NCBI GenBank assembly: GCA_963785725.1 | Contig: CAWAWS010000027.1 | Coordinates: 1 to 64,000, forward strand | Length of the DNA stretch: 64,000 nucleotides | Origin: an uncultured delta proteobacterium | GTDB taxonomy: Bacteria; Myxococcota_A; Polyangia; Palsa-1104 | Direction of reading: 5' to 3' | Shown: positions 37,810 to 46,760 of the stretch, piece after piece | Position numbering within the stretch: the first letter of the stretch is position 1 | How the letters are laid out: each line of letters starts with the position of its first letter | Made by a program: the position numbers and the translations under genes | The notes under the pieces: model-generated | Database searches by the model: none | What the model was told of the DNA's origin: nothing | The model's input: the letters and a program-made list of their open reading frames with translations, nothing else

Positions 37810-38786
37810 TCTCGCGGGTCGCCGATCACTGCTTCTGGTTCGGCCGTTACGTCGAGCGCGCCGAGTCGAGCGCGCGGCTTTTGCAGGCAACGCGCGCGCT
37901 CGTGTTCGACACCGAGCTGCCGGTGACGCAATGCTGGACGCCGCTCGTCATCGTCTCCGGTGAGTACGACCACTTCTGCGAGCGCTATGACGCCGAGGCC
38001 GCCGGCGACGGCGAGCGCGTCCAGGAGCACCTGACCTGGAGCGACTCGGGCGTGAGCCTCTTGACGTCGGTGCGGGCGGCGCGTGAGAGCGCGCGCGTCA
38101 TCCGCGACGTGCTGTCACTCGAGACGTGGGAAGCGATCAACGAGCTGTACCTGTTTCTCGGCCGCGACTCGACGGAGCAGCTCTATCGCGAGCATCGCGA
38201 GGAGCTCTATCGCACGGTGCGGCGCTCGACGCAGCTGGTGCTCGGCCTCGTGCGCTCGACGATGCTGCACGACGAGCCGATGAGCTTTCTGTGGCTGGGC
38301 GCGATGATCGAGCGCGCCGGACAAGTGGCGCGCATGCTCGACATGCATCACCACACGATGGCGCGCGAGCATGCGCATTACATCGTGCAAGTGGCCCTCT
38401 GGCTTTCACTCTTGCGCGCGTCGTCGGGCTACGAAGCGTACATGAAGAAGCACCAAGGGCGCGTCACGGTGCAGTCGCTGGCGTCGTTCCTGCTGTTCGA
38501 GCCGAGCTTTCCGCGTTCGCTCGGCTACTGCTTGAAGTCGTCGCGCTCGCTGCTCGGCAACATCTGGCCCGACGCGCCCGCCGACGGCCAGCCGCGCGAG
38601 TCGTTGGCGCGGCTCGACGCGCTGCTCAACTGGCTCGACGAGCAGAAGACGCGCGGCATCGAAGGCACCGACTTCCACGAGCTGCTCACGCGCGTCGTCG
38701 ACGAAACCGCGGAGATCTGCGGCCAAGTCTCGACCGAGATCCAAGGCCCGGTGCATCCCAAGCCCGCCGCCGCCGCTACCGGCTGA
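37806..38786 (+). CDS. alpha-E domain protein (DUF403)
   Basis: MISRVADHCFWFGRYVERAESSAR, FPRSL; ATGA overlap with the upstream gene. Confidence 0.92.
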   Translation: MISRVADHCFWFGRYVERAESSARLLQATRALVFDTELPVTQCWTPLVIVSGEYDHFCERYDAEAAGDGERVQEHLTWSDSGVSLLTSVRAARESARVIRDVLSLETWEAINELYLFLGRDSTEQLYREHREELYRTVRRSTQLVLGLVRSTMLHDEPMSFLWLGAMIERAGQVARMLDMHHHTMAREHAHYIVQVALWLSLLRASSGYEAYMKKHQGRVTVQSLASFLLFEPSFPRSLGYCLKSSRSLLGNIWPDAPADGQPRESLARLDALLNWLDEQKTRGIEGTDFHELLTRVVDETAEICGQVSTEIQGPVHPKPAAAATG

Positions 38787-38840
38787 CGTTCGTCCGCGCT
38801 CTCTCGGCCGCGTCGTGCAGCGCGCCATCGTTCTACTTCA

Positions 38841-38935
38841 AGCCCAAGCGGAGACATGCTGGGCGCCGGCGAGTTGTCTCCCGCAGGCTGTAAGCCGAGG
38901 ACTGTCTGAGCCGGCGCCCAGCATGTCGGAGCGCC
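38841..38935 (+). repeat. 95-nt structured non-coding element, copy A
   Basis: 18-bp perfect inverted repeat (38853-38870/38910-38927); 75/95 identical to the reverse complement of 40952-41046 with compensatory changes; its last 26 bp are tandemly duplicated (38936-38961). Confidence 0.85.
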
Positions 38936-38970
38936 GCCGGCGCCCAGCATGTCGGAGCGCCGCCGGAGCG

Positions 38971-40164
38971 TCAGTTATTGACGCCGGCGAAGATGTTGGC
39001 GAACTGGAACGTGCTCGTGTCGACGTTGGAGCAAGCGTCGCCGTCGGCGTAACCGCCCGCGCCGCACTTTTCGTCGCGCTGGATGGCCCAGAACGAGACG
39101 AGGCCGAGCTTGACGTCCTTGGCGTGCGCGATGAACGTCTGGGCGTTGGCGAGCGAGAAGACCGAGCTGTCGTCGTTCTTGCCGATCATGGCCGTGCCGC
39201 CGACCATGCGATAGGCGTCGGCGAGCGACAAGCCGGAGATGGCCGACGTCAGCTGCTTCGCGGTCGAGTCCACCGAGTCGACGGGCGTCTTGCCGAGGTC
39301 GGTGCCGTCGCCGTAGTCCATCGTCATGACGTTGACGTACTGAATCGTGACGCCGGCCTTGAGCGCGGAGGTGACGACGGCCAAGCCCAAGTCGTCGAGC
39401 CCGTCGTCATTGACCGGCAGCGTGAACGCGACCTTGATGCCCTTGGACGTCTGCACCGACTTCAACGCGGTGGCGCGCATGGCGTTGATGGTGGCGTTGC
39501 TCGTCGACGAGCCCTGCTCGATGTCGAAGTCGAGGTCGGTGATGCCGGTGGCGTCGACGAAGTCGCTGATGGCCGACGCCAGCGCCGTCGCGCTCGTGCA
39601 CGCGCTCTCCAAGTACGTGCCGTCGGCGCCGCCGAAGCTCGCTTTGACGTGGCCGCCGCCGGCGATGTAGGCCTTGACGTCGGCGAGGTTGTCTTGAATG
39701 TCCGTCGACGTCGTGCAGCCGCCGCCCGAGAGCACGAAGGCGATCGTCACTTCCTTCGGCCCCGACATCTGCTGCATCTGCACGAGCGAGTTGAACGAGT
39801 ACGCGTTGCCGCCCCAGCTCCACGTGTAGAAATAGGGGGCAAACTCGGTGACTTCGGGGTTCGCCGTCGTGCCGCCGCCGCCCGCGGTGCCACCGCCGCC
39901 GGCGCTGCCGCCGCCACCGCCGGCGCTGCCGCCGCCACCGGCCGTCTCGCCGCCGCCGCCGGCCGCGCCGATGCCGCCGCCGGCGCTGCCGCTACCGCCG
40001 GCGCTCGTGCTGCCGCCGGCGTTGCCGCTGCCGCCACCCGCGCTGCTGCCGCCACCGTTGCCCGACGGATCGCCGATGCCGGACGAACCGCCGCAACCGA
40101 CGAGCGCGAGGCAGAGCGCGAACGAAGAAGCCAGACCGACCGAGAGGCGCGTGGATGCGAACAT
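38971..40164 (-). CDS. GH18-like chitinase lipoprotein
   Basis: Lipobox LVGC; Gly linker; FAPYFYTW, SFGGADG, DLDFDIE, VNVMTMDYG, SFWAIQRD. Confidence 0.82.
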   Translation of the reverse strand: MFASTRLSVGLASSFALCLALVGCGGSSGIGDPSGNGGGSSAGGGSGNAGGSTSAGGSGSAGGGIGAAGGGGETAGGGGSAGGGGGSAGGGGTAGGGGTTANPEVTEFAPYFYTWSWGGNAYSFNSLVQMQQMSGPKEVTIAFVLSGGGCTTSTDIQDNLADVKAYIAGGGHVKASFGGADGTYLESACTSATALASAISDFVDATGITDLDFDIEQGSSTSNATINAMRATALKSVQTSKGIKVAFTLPVNDDGLDDLGLAVVTSALKAGVTIQYVNVMTMDYGDGTDLGKTPVDSVDSTAKQLTSAISGLSLADAYRMVGGTAMIGKNDDSSVFSLANAQTFIAHAKDVKLGLVSFWAIQRDEKCGAGGYADGDACSNVDTSTFQFANIFAGVNN

Positions 40165-40318
40165 AATGGCGCACATTCGCAAGTGTCACGCCAAGGAGAC
40201 ACGCATGCATGTAGCTGATTTTACGACTGAACCGATAAGCGCTCGATGAGACTGCGGACCACGGATGTAAACTTCGAGGTGACGAGCATGCCGGCTGTGG
40301 AATGTTACAATTACACTG

Positions 40319-40948
40319 ATGGCTGTTCCACCGGCGCCGCAGCGGCACCCGTTCGCTCCTGGTAGGAGCCCGTTTCACGTCAAGGGCGTCGTTTATCGCA
40401 ACTTCGTCGAGTACATCGATGGCGCGGTCGACGGCGGGATTGCCCGGCTGGTGACGCTGCTCGACGAGCCGGAGCTGCAGACGTTCGCGCAGCAGCCCTT
40501 CTTGGCGAGCAGCTTCTACGACGCGCTGCCGACGGTGCCGCTGTGCGAGACGGCGGCCAAGGCGCTCAATCGTCCGTTCGGTCAGCTGGTGCGCGAGTTT
40601 TCGGCGTACGCGTCCGAGCGCGACACGAAGGGCATCTATCGGCTGCTCTTGAAGTTGGTGTCGCCCGAGATGGTCATGGAGCGGACGCCGGCGGCGGCGA
40701 AGCAGTATTTCGACTTCGTCGTGGTGACGGCAGAAAAAAGCGGGCCCAAGAGCTTTCGCACGATGGTGCGCGGGGTGCCGCGGTTCGTGGCGCCGTTCTA
40801 TATGACGGTGACCGAGGCGTTCTTGAGTCGGGCGTTGACGCTGGCGGGCGCGAAGGAGCCGCGGCACGCGTGGCAGGCGCCGCTGCCGGACGGCGAGCGC
40901 GACGGCGTGCCGCTGGTGCGGCTGCGGCGTGAGGTGAGCTGGCGATAG
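40319..40948 (+). CDS. myxobacterial TIGR02265/DUF2378-like protein
   Basis: HVKGVVY...FLASSFYD...IYRLLLKLVSPE...QYFDF; paralogous pattern to 21976-22548. Confidence 0.65.
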   Translation: MAVPPAPQRHPFAPGRSPFHVKGVVYRNFVEYIDGAVDGGIARLVTLLDEPELQTFAQQPFLASSFYDALPTVPLCETAAKALNRPFGQLVREFSAYASERDTKGIYRLLLKLVSPEMVMERTPAAAKQYFDFVVVTAEKSGPKSFRTMVRGVPRFVAPFYMTVTEAFLSRALTLAGAKEPRHAWQAPLPDGERDGVPLVRLRREVSWR

Positions 40949-40951
40949 TCG

Positions 40952-41046
40952 GGCGCTCCGACAAAACGGGCGCGCGCTCGGACAGTGCTCGCCCTACGGG
41001 CTGCGCAAGACAACTCGCGCGCGCCCATTTTGTCTCCGCTCGGGCT
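40952..41046 (-). repeat. 95-nt structured non-coding element, copy B
   Basis: GACAAAATGGGCGCGCGC/GCGCGCGCCCGTTTTGTC stem; colinear with copy A, no indels. Confidence 0.85.
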
Positions 41047-41337
41047 GTGGAAGGCGGAGGCGGAAGCAGACGACGGCGTTCGGTTTGCGGCGCAGCCGTC
41101 GTTCGGCTGCGATTGAGGGCGGATGCGGAGGCGAGCCACGGCGGGATGGCGCGCGGCTTCGGCTGAAGGGGCGGATGCGGAGGCGAGGCGTGGCGTGCGT
41201 GCTGTCTGGTGCAACCGTCGGTCGGCTTCGGCTGCGGAGCTGGCGGCGGAAGCGAGCGACGGTGCCGCGCAGTCGCAGTGAGCGCGTGGTCGCGATCGGT
41301 CGTGATCGCGAGGCTGCAGCGCGTGGGCGGCGCGGCG

Positions 41338-41381
41338 GCGGTCGTAGCTGTGCGGTCGTAGCTGTGCGGTCGTAGCCGTGC
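41338..41381. repeat. 14-bp tandem repeat x3
   Basis: (GCG)GTCGTAGCTGT units. Confidence 0.75.
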
Positions 41382-41429
41382 TGTGGGTGGTCGCGGTGGA
41401 TTTCGGGGGCGGATGGGTTTGGGCGGGGT

Positions 41430-41559
41430 GGCGACGGCGCCCGGGCGCGCGGTGCGCGCGGGCGCTGTCGCTCCGTCGGAGTCGGCCATCGTGTAGTCAG
41501 GCACGCCGATCGATGGCTTATCGCGGGCGCACGCGCTCCGCACCCACGCGCGCCCCCAA
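41430..41559 (+). repeat. ~130-bp dispersed hairpin repeat (family 2), copy 1
   Basis: About 90% identical to the reverse complement of 52351-52479. Confidence 0.88.
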
Positions 41560-41590
41560 TGGCGGCAGCTCAGCGTGACTTCGCGGGCGG

Positions 41591-42400
41591 CTATGCCGGT
41601 CGCTTGGCGGCTAGGAAGCGCACCTTGTTGCGGGCGCCGCGTTTCTCCATGATCGGCCGCAGCCATGCGAACATGCGCGGCGAGAGGTAGCCGAGCGTCG
41701 CCAGCTTGCCCGACAGCGCGGGGATGTCGATCTCGGCCTCGCCCGTTTCGATCGCGCGCACGACCGCGGTCGCGACCTCTTCGGCCGTCGACATCGGCTG
41801 CGAGAACACGAGGTCCGGCACCTTGGCCAGATCGTCGCCGAAGAAGCCGGTGTCGACGGGACCGGGGCAGACGGTGCAGGCGCGCAGCCCGCGCGCCGTG
41901 AGCTCGACGTCGAGCGCGCGCGTAAAAGCGCGCAGCCCCGCCTTCGACGCCGAGTACGTCGCCTCGTGCGGCACCGGCACCTTGCCCGCGAGGCTCGCCA
42001 GATTGACGATGACGCCGCCCGGTCGCAGCAGCGTGAGCGCCGCCTGCGTCAACAAGATCGGCGCCGTCAGGTTGGTCTCGAGGATCGTCGCCAGCTCGTC
42101 GCTCGTGCGCTCGCGAACCGATCCGCGATGGTTGACGCCGGCGTTGTTGACGATGAAGTCGAGCCGGCCGAAGCGCGCGTCGACCTGCGCCGGCAGCGCC
42201 AACAGCGCCGCGCGGTCGGTGACGTCGAGCGGGAACGCCGCCGCCCGCGTGCCGAGCTCGCGCGCCGCCGCTTCCAGCTTGTCGACCGAGCGCGCGACGA
42301 GCGCCACATGCACACCGCGCTGCACCAGCTCGCGCGCGACCGCCAAGCCTATCCCGCTCGACGCGCCGGTCACGATGGCGCTCTTGTCTGACCACTGCAT
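41591..42400 (-). CDS. SDR family oxidoreductase
   Basis: TGASSGIG, NNAG, YSASK; GGAGG RBS. Confidence 0.93.
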   Translation of the reverse strand: MQWSDKSAIVTGASSGIGLAVARELVQRGVHVALVARSVDKLEAAARELGTRAAAFPLDVTDRAALLALPAQVDARFGRLDFIVNNAGVNHRGSVRERTSDELATILETNLTAPILLTQAALTLLRPGGVIVNLASLAGKVPVPHEATYSASKAGLRAFTRALDVELTARGLRACTVCPGPVDTGFFGDDLAKVPDLVFSQPMSTAEEVATAVVRAIETGEAEIDIPALSGKLATLGYLSPRMFAWLRPIMEKRGARNKVRFLAAKRPA

Positions 42401-42699
42401 CGACTTACCTCCAGCCGTCATCGATACTCGGCGGCGCGGCGGCGTCAAGCGAAGTGAGCAGAAAAGGGCTACCCGGCGGCGACGGCGTCTCAGACGCGGG
42501 GGGACACGTTCGACGGCCGCCGCCGGGTTGCGATCGATCGAGAAGCTACCTTCGTGCCAAACGCAAAGGCCCGATAAGACTCGAACTGACGAACGGGTAG
42601 CTGCAAGAAATCCAGACAGGTGTTCGAACTGCGAACACACCGGTTTGATTGCGCCGGCGGCAGGGCTATGATCCCCGGCGTTGGTGGCGGGGGGTGGTG

Positions 42700-44094
42700 A
42701 TGTCGTCAGTTCGCTGGCTGGTGGCGGTGACAGTAGGTGTCGTGGCGAGCTTCGTGGCCTCGACGCTTTACATCCAAACCCGCGTTGCGCTCGTCGACGA
42801 CGAGGTCATGGACATCGTCGGGAACGCGACGCCGAGCATCGAGGAGCTGGCCGCGGCGCGCACCGAGATGCGCCACTTCGAGCTCGGCGTCGGCCGTTAC
42901 ATCGGCGCACGGTTGCAGAGCCTGCCGCTCTCGCGCGAGCGGCTCGTGACAGCGCGCACCGCCATCGACGAGCACTTGGCGGCCTACTCGCACCTGCCGC
43001 AGTTCGACCGCGAGGTCGCCGTGTATCGCCCGCTACTCGCGGCGCGTGAGCGGCTTTACGCGGCCGCCGACATCGTGCTCGACTACGTCGACGCCGGCGA
43101 CATCAAGGCCGCGCGCGCCAAGCTGACCGGCGACTTCGACGAGGCGGCCGAGGACATCGATCGCGCGACGCAGCGCCTCATCGCCTTCAACGCCGGGATG
43201 GCCAACGAGAACGGGCGGGCCATCGATCGTATTCGCCACAGCACGTCGCTCGTCGCCATCGTGCTCGATGGCGCGACGGTGCTGATGGCGGCGGTCATCC
43301 TGATGCTGGCGGTGCGCGCCACGCGGCTGCACGAGCGCATCCTGCTCGCCCAGAACAAAGCGGCGGCGGCGCGCGCCAACGAGCTCGACCATTTCGCGGC
43401 GCGTGTGGCGCACGATCTGAAGGCGCCGCTGACGTCGGTGTTGATGGGCGTGTCGGCGGCGCAGCAGTATCCGCACGACGCGCCGCGGCTGCTCGATCGC
43501 GTGCGGCGCGCATCGGGCACGATGAACAACATGATCGACGCGCTGCTCGACTTCGCGCGCGCCGGCTCGACGCCGCAGCGCGGGACCGCGTCGCAGCTGG
43601 CGCCGGTATTGGACGCGGTGGTCTTGTCGGCGCAGCCCTCGCTCGAAGAGGCGCACGCCGAGCTCGTCGTGGCGCCGGTGCCGCCGGGCTGCATCGTCGG
43701 CTGCAGCAGCGGCGCGCTCGCGTCGGTGCTGTCGAATTTGGTGCAGAACGCCATCAAATACCTCGGCAGCGACGCCAGCGAGCGCCGCGTCGAGATCGGC
43801 GTGACGGCGACCGCGACGACCGTGCGCATCGAGGTGTCCGACAGCGGCCCAGGCCTGCCCGAAGACGTGCACGACAAGATCTTCGAGATGTACACGCGGG
43901 CGCCGACGAGCATCGGTAAACCCGGCCTCGGCTTGGGCTTGGCGACGGTCAAGCGGCTCGTCGAAGCGCACGGAGGGACGCTCGGCGTGCGCTCGCGGCT
44001 CGGCGAAGGCGCCTGCTTCTGGATCGAGCTGTGCCGCGCGAACGCCGTCAAAGCACCGGTCCCGGTGACGCTACCGGCGACCCGCAACGCCTGA
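42700..44094 (+). CDS. sensor histidine kinase (4-helix-bundle sensor, HisKA, HATPase)
   Basis: Two TMs; AHDLKAPL, NLVQNAIKY, DSGPG, GLGLGL. Confidence 0.92.
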   Translation: MSSVRWLVAVTVGVVASFVASTLYIQTRVALVDDEVMDIVGNATPSIEELAAARTEMRHFELGVGRYIGARLQSLPLSRERLVTARTAIDEHLAAYSHLPQFDREVAVYRPLLAARERLYAAADIVLDYVDAGDIKAARAKLTGDFDEAAEDIDRATQRLIAFNAGMANENGRAIDRIRHSTSLVAIVLDGATVLMAAVILMLAVRATRLHERILLAQNKAAAARANELDHFAARVAHDLKAPLTSVLMGVSAAQQYPHDAPRLLDRVRRASGTMNNMIDALLDFARAGSTPQRGTASQLAPVLDAVVLSAQPSLEEAHAELVVAPVPPGCIVGCSSGALASVLSNLVQNAIKYLGSDASERRVEIGVTATATTVRIEVSDSGPGLPEDVHDKIFEMYTRAPTSIGKPGLGLGLATVKRLVEAHGGTLGVRSRLGEGACFWIELCRANAVKAPVPVTLPATRNA

Positions 44095-44149
44095 GACAGG
44101 CGCAGCCCGGCCTATCGTCGGAGCAGGTTGATCAACGTTGACGGTCGAA

Positions 44150-44947
44150 TCAACCGGAGCGGCGGCGAGAGGTGCCGGCGCGCTGTGCCAGGCCGGCGAC
44201 GACCATGAGCGCCAGCGCCAGGCAGCGCGCGAGCTCGGTCCACGGCTTCAAACGCGCCGACGAGTGGTTCGCTTCGCCGAGGCCGATGAGGACGTCGAAG
44301 GCCATCCAGCCGAGCTTGCTGAGGACGACGAAGAGCCAGGCCCAAAAGAGCGTGCCGCCGCGCAGCGCGAACGTGACGAGCGCCAGCGGCGCGATGAGGC
44401 AGAACGTCGCGAAGTCGCCCAAGTCGGACGCCAGGTGCTCGAGCGCGCCGCCGTGGCCGTGCTCGAGGCCGCGCAAGTTGACCGACATCGCGAAGCCGGC
44501 GGTCAGCGTCGCCAGCACGACGGCGGTCAGCGTCGCCGCAATCCGGCGGCCGCGCGACTCGAGCTGCCCGAGGCCGGCCGAACGCCAGGTGCCGGCCAAC
44601 AGCGCCATCGCGACGACCGTCGCCAAGTTGCCGGCGATGACGAGCCCGCTGCGCAGCGTGGCGGCATCGGCGGCGCCGCTCCACAGATGCAGCTGCGCGC
44701 CGAAGAGCACGTCTTTGATCAGCAAGAGGACGAGGTTGAGCGCGAACAGCAGCCAGGCGACGAGCATGCGATCGCCTGCCGAATAGCGCAGCGCCGCCGC
44801 CGTGCACGCCAGCGCCGCCAAGACGCGCAGCCCTTCGACGAAGCCGAAATAGACGAGCGGACGCGACGCCGCCGGAGCCGCCGCCAGCGCGACGCCGTAC
44901 GCGATCGCGATCAAAATCGGCACCAGCCAAAAGCGTCCCGGTTTCAT
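44150..44947 (-). CDS. hypothetical multi-pass membrane protein
   Basis: 7-8 hydrophobic segments; shares one base with the upstream small ORF (TGATG). Confidence 0.7.
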   Translation of the reverse strand: MKPGRFWLVPILIAIAYGVALAAAPAASRPLVYFGFVEGLRVLAALACTAAALRYSAGDRMLVAWLLFALNLVLLLIKDVLFGAQLHLWSGAADAATLRSGLVIAGNLATVVAMALLAGTWRSAGLGQLESRGRRIAATLTAVVLATLTAGFAMSVNLRGLEHGHGGALEHLASDLGDFATFCLIAPLALVTFALRGGTLFWAWLFVVLSKLGWMAFDVLIGLGEANHSSARLKPWTELARCLALALMVVAGLAQRAGTSRRRSG

Positions 44948-45183
44948 CAGCCGAGCTCCCGGCGCAGGTCGGCGAGCACGGCGTCCGTCTCGCGGCTGCC
45001 GATGAGCGTGCGCAACATCGGTCGCAGCGCCGCCAAGAGCGGCTCGAGATCGTGGTAGCCGAGCTCGTCGGGCGCTTTGTGCACCGACTTTTGCGCGAAC
45101 AATCGCAGCGCGTTCTTCGCCGTGTGGGGCCCGAGATATCGCGTCAGCTCTCGAATCACGACATCTGCGAACACGACCGGCAC
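44947..45183 (-). CDS. small hypothetical helical protein
   Basis: ELTRYLGPHTAKNALRLFAQK...LRPMLRTLIG; start uncertain. Confidence 0.6.
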   Translation of the reverse strand: MPVVFADVVIRELTRYLGPHTAKNALRLFAQKSVHKAPDELGYHDLEPLLAALRPMLRTLIGSRETDAVLADLRRELG

Positions 45184-45503
45184 CCGGGCGGGAATCCTAG
45201 CGCGGCAGTTTCGATCCGACAATGACGTTCGTCTATCGCACCTTCATAGTCAGTCGCACACTTCACCCACAAACAGCGATAGTCGCGCCGTCGATGAAGC
45301 ACACGACTGTTACAGCCCTTATCGCGTCATTGTCGGACTGTCGCGCTAAGGACGGCAAACGTCCGAGACTAAACGCGCGACCGAGCGCTGGCTTAGCGCA
45401 CTGACTATATTGAAGGAGCACGGCCACTAAGGACGCGCTCGGTTACGGTCGCTCGTCACTCAGTCGATGCGGTATTTCGTGAGGATTTGTGCGGCGAGCC
45501 GCG

Positions 45504-45821
45504 TTACGTCGCGGCGGCCGCGGCGAGCGACTTCTTGTCGCGCGGCGGCTTATCGTCGGCATCGGGCTTGCTCGGCGCCAATACGACGTTCAGCTCCAAC
45601 ACTTCGCAACCGCCCGAGCGATCGACATTGACGCTCACTTGCCCGATGTCGATGAGCTCGTATTTGGCGATCACTTGCAGCAGCTCTTGTTGCAGCTGCG
45701 GCAAATAGTCCGGCGCGTCGCGCAAGACCGAGCGCTCGCGGGCGACGATGATCTGCAGCCGATCTTTCGCGATGGACGCGGTCTTCGGCTGCGAACGCTT
45801 GAAGTAATCGAGGAATCCCAT
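45504..45821 (-). CDS. minE: cell division topological specificity factor MinE
   Basis: MGFLDYF...TASIAKDRLQIIVARER...PDYLPQLQQELLQVIAKY...VLELNV. Confidence 0.95.
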   Translation of the reverse strand: MGFLDYFKRSQPKTASIAKDRLQIIVARERSVLRDAPDYLPQLQQELLQVIAKYELIDIGQVSVNVDRSGGCEVLELNVVLAPSKPDADDKPPRDKKSLAAAAAT

Positions 45822-45845
45822 GTTCAACCTCGCTTGTGAGTCGGC

Positions 45846-46655
45846 TCAGCCGAACAGGCGCTTCAACAATCCACGCTTCTCCATTTCGATGAAGCGATGC
45901 GGCCGCTCTTCACCGAGGAAGCGATTGACGACGTCGGTATAGGCCTGCGACACCTCGGTCAGCTCATCGAGGATGACGGGCGTGCCCTTATTGGACGCTT
46001 GCAGTACGGCGCGCGACTCGGGAATGACGCCCAAAAAGGGAATACCCAAGATCTCGAGCACGTCGGCGACCGAGAGCATCTCGCCCTTCTGCACTTGCGC
46101 CGGCGAATAACGCGTCAGTAGCAAATGCGTGCGAATCGGCTCGCCGCCGCTCTCGGCGCGATTGGTCTTCGCATTCAATAAGCCGAGCACGCGATCGGAG
46201 TCGCGCACCGACGAGACTTCGGGGTTCGTGACCACGATGGCTTCATCGGCAAAATACATGGCCATTTGCGCGCCCTTTTCGATACCGGCCGGCGAATCGC
46301 AAATGATGTATTCGAAGCCGAGCTCTTTGAGCTCGCTAATGACGCGGCCGACGCCTTCGGGATCGAGCGCGTCCTTATCACGCGTCTGCGAAGCGGGCAG
46401 CATATACAGGTTCTCGATCCGCTTATCGCGGATCATGGCCTGCTGAATCTTCGCCTCGCCTTTGATGACATTGACGAGATCGTAAATGACCCGGCGCTCG
46501 CAGCCCATGACGAGATCGAGGTTGCGCAGCCCGACGTCGAAGTCGATGGCGATGGTCTTGTGGCCGCGGAGCGCGATGCCGGTGGCAATGTTCGCGCTGG
46601 TGGTGGTCTTGCCGACACCGCCCTTACCAGACGTGATGACGATGACTTTCGACAC
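45846..46655 (-). CDS. minD: septum site-determining ATPase MinD
   Basis: TSGKGGVGKTT, DFDVGLRNLD, DSPAGIE, NPEVSSVRDSDR, C-terminal MTS GLLKRLFG. Confidence 0.97.
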   Translation of the reverse strand: MSKVIVITSGKGGVGKTTTSANIATGIALRGHKTIAIDFDVGLRNLDLVMGCERRVIYDLVNVIKGEAKIQQAMIRDKRIENLYMLPASQTRDKDALDPEGVGRVISELKELGFEYIICDSPAGIEKGAQMAMYFADEAIVVTNPEVSSVRDSDRVLGLLNAKTNRAESGGEPIRTHLLLTRYSPAQVQKGEMLSVADVLEILGIPFLGVIPESRAVLQASNKGTPVILDELTEVSQAYTDVVNRFLGEERPHRFIEMEKRGLLKRLFG

Positions 46656-46760
46656 TGGAGACCTCCTGCCGTGGTCGGTTGTTTCTCGTGAGACCGCTTT
46701 TCACCAATTAGCGGCAAGCCCGCGGCTTCCGCAAATTTTCTGCGTACTTTTGTTAGTGAA

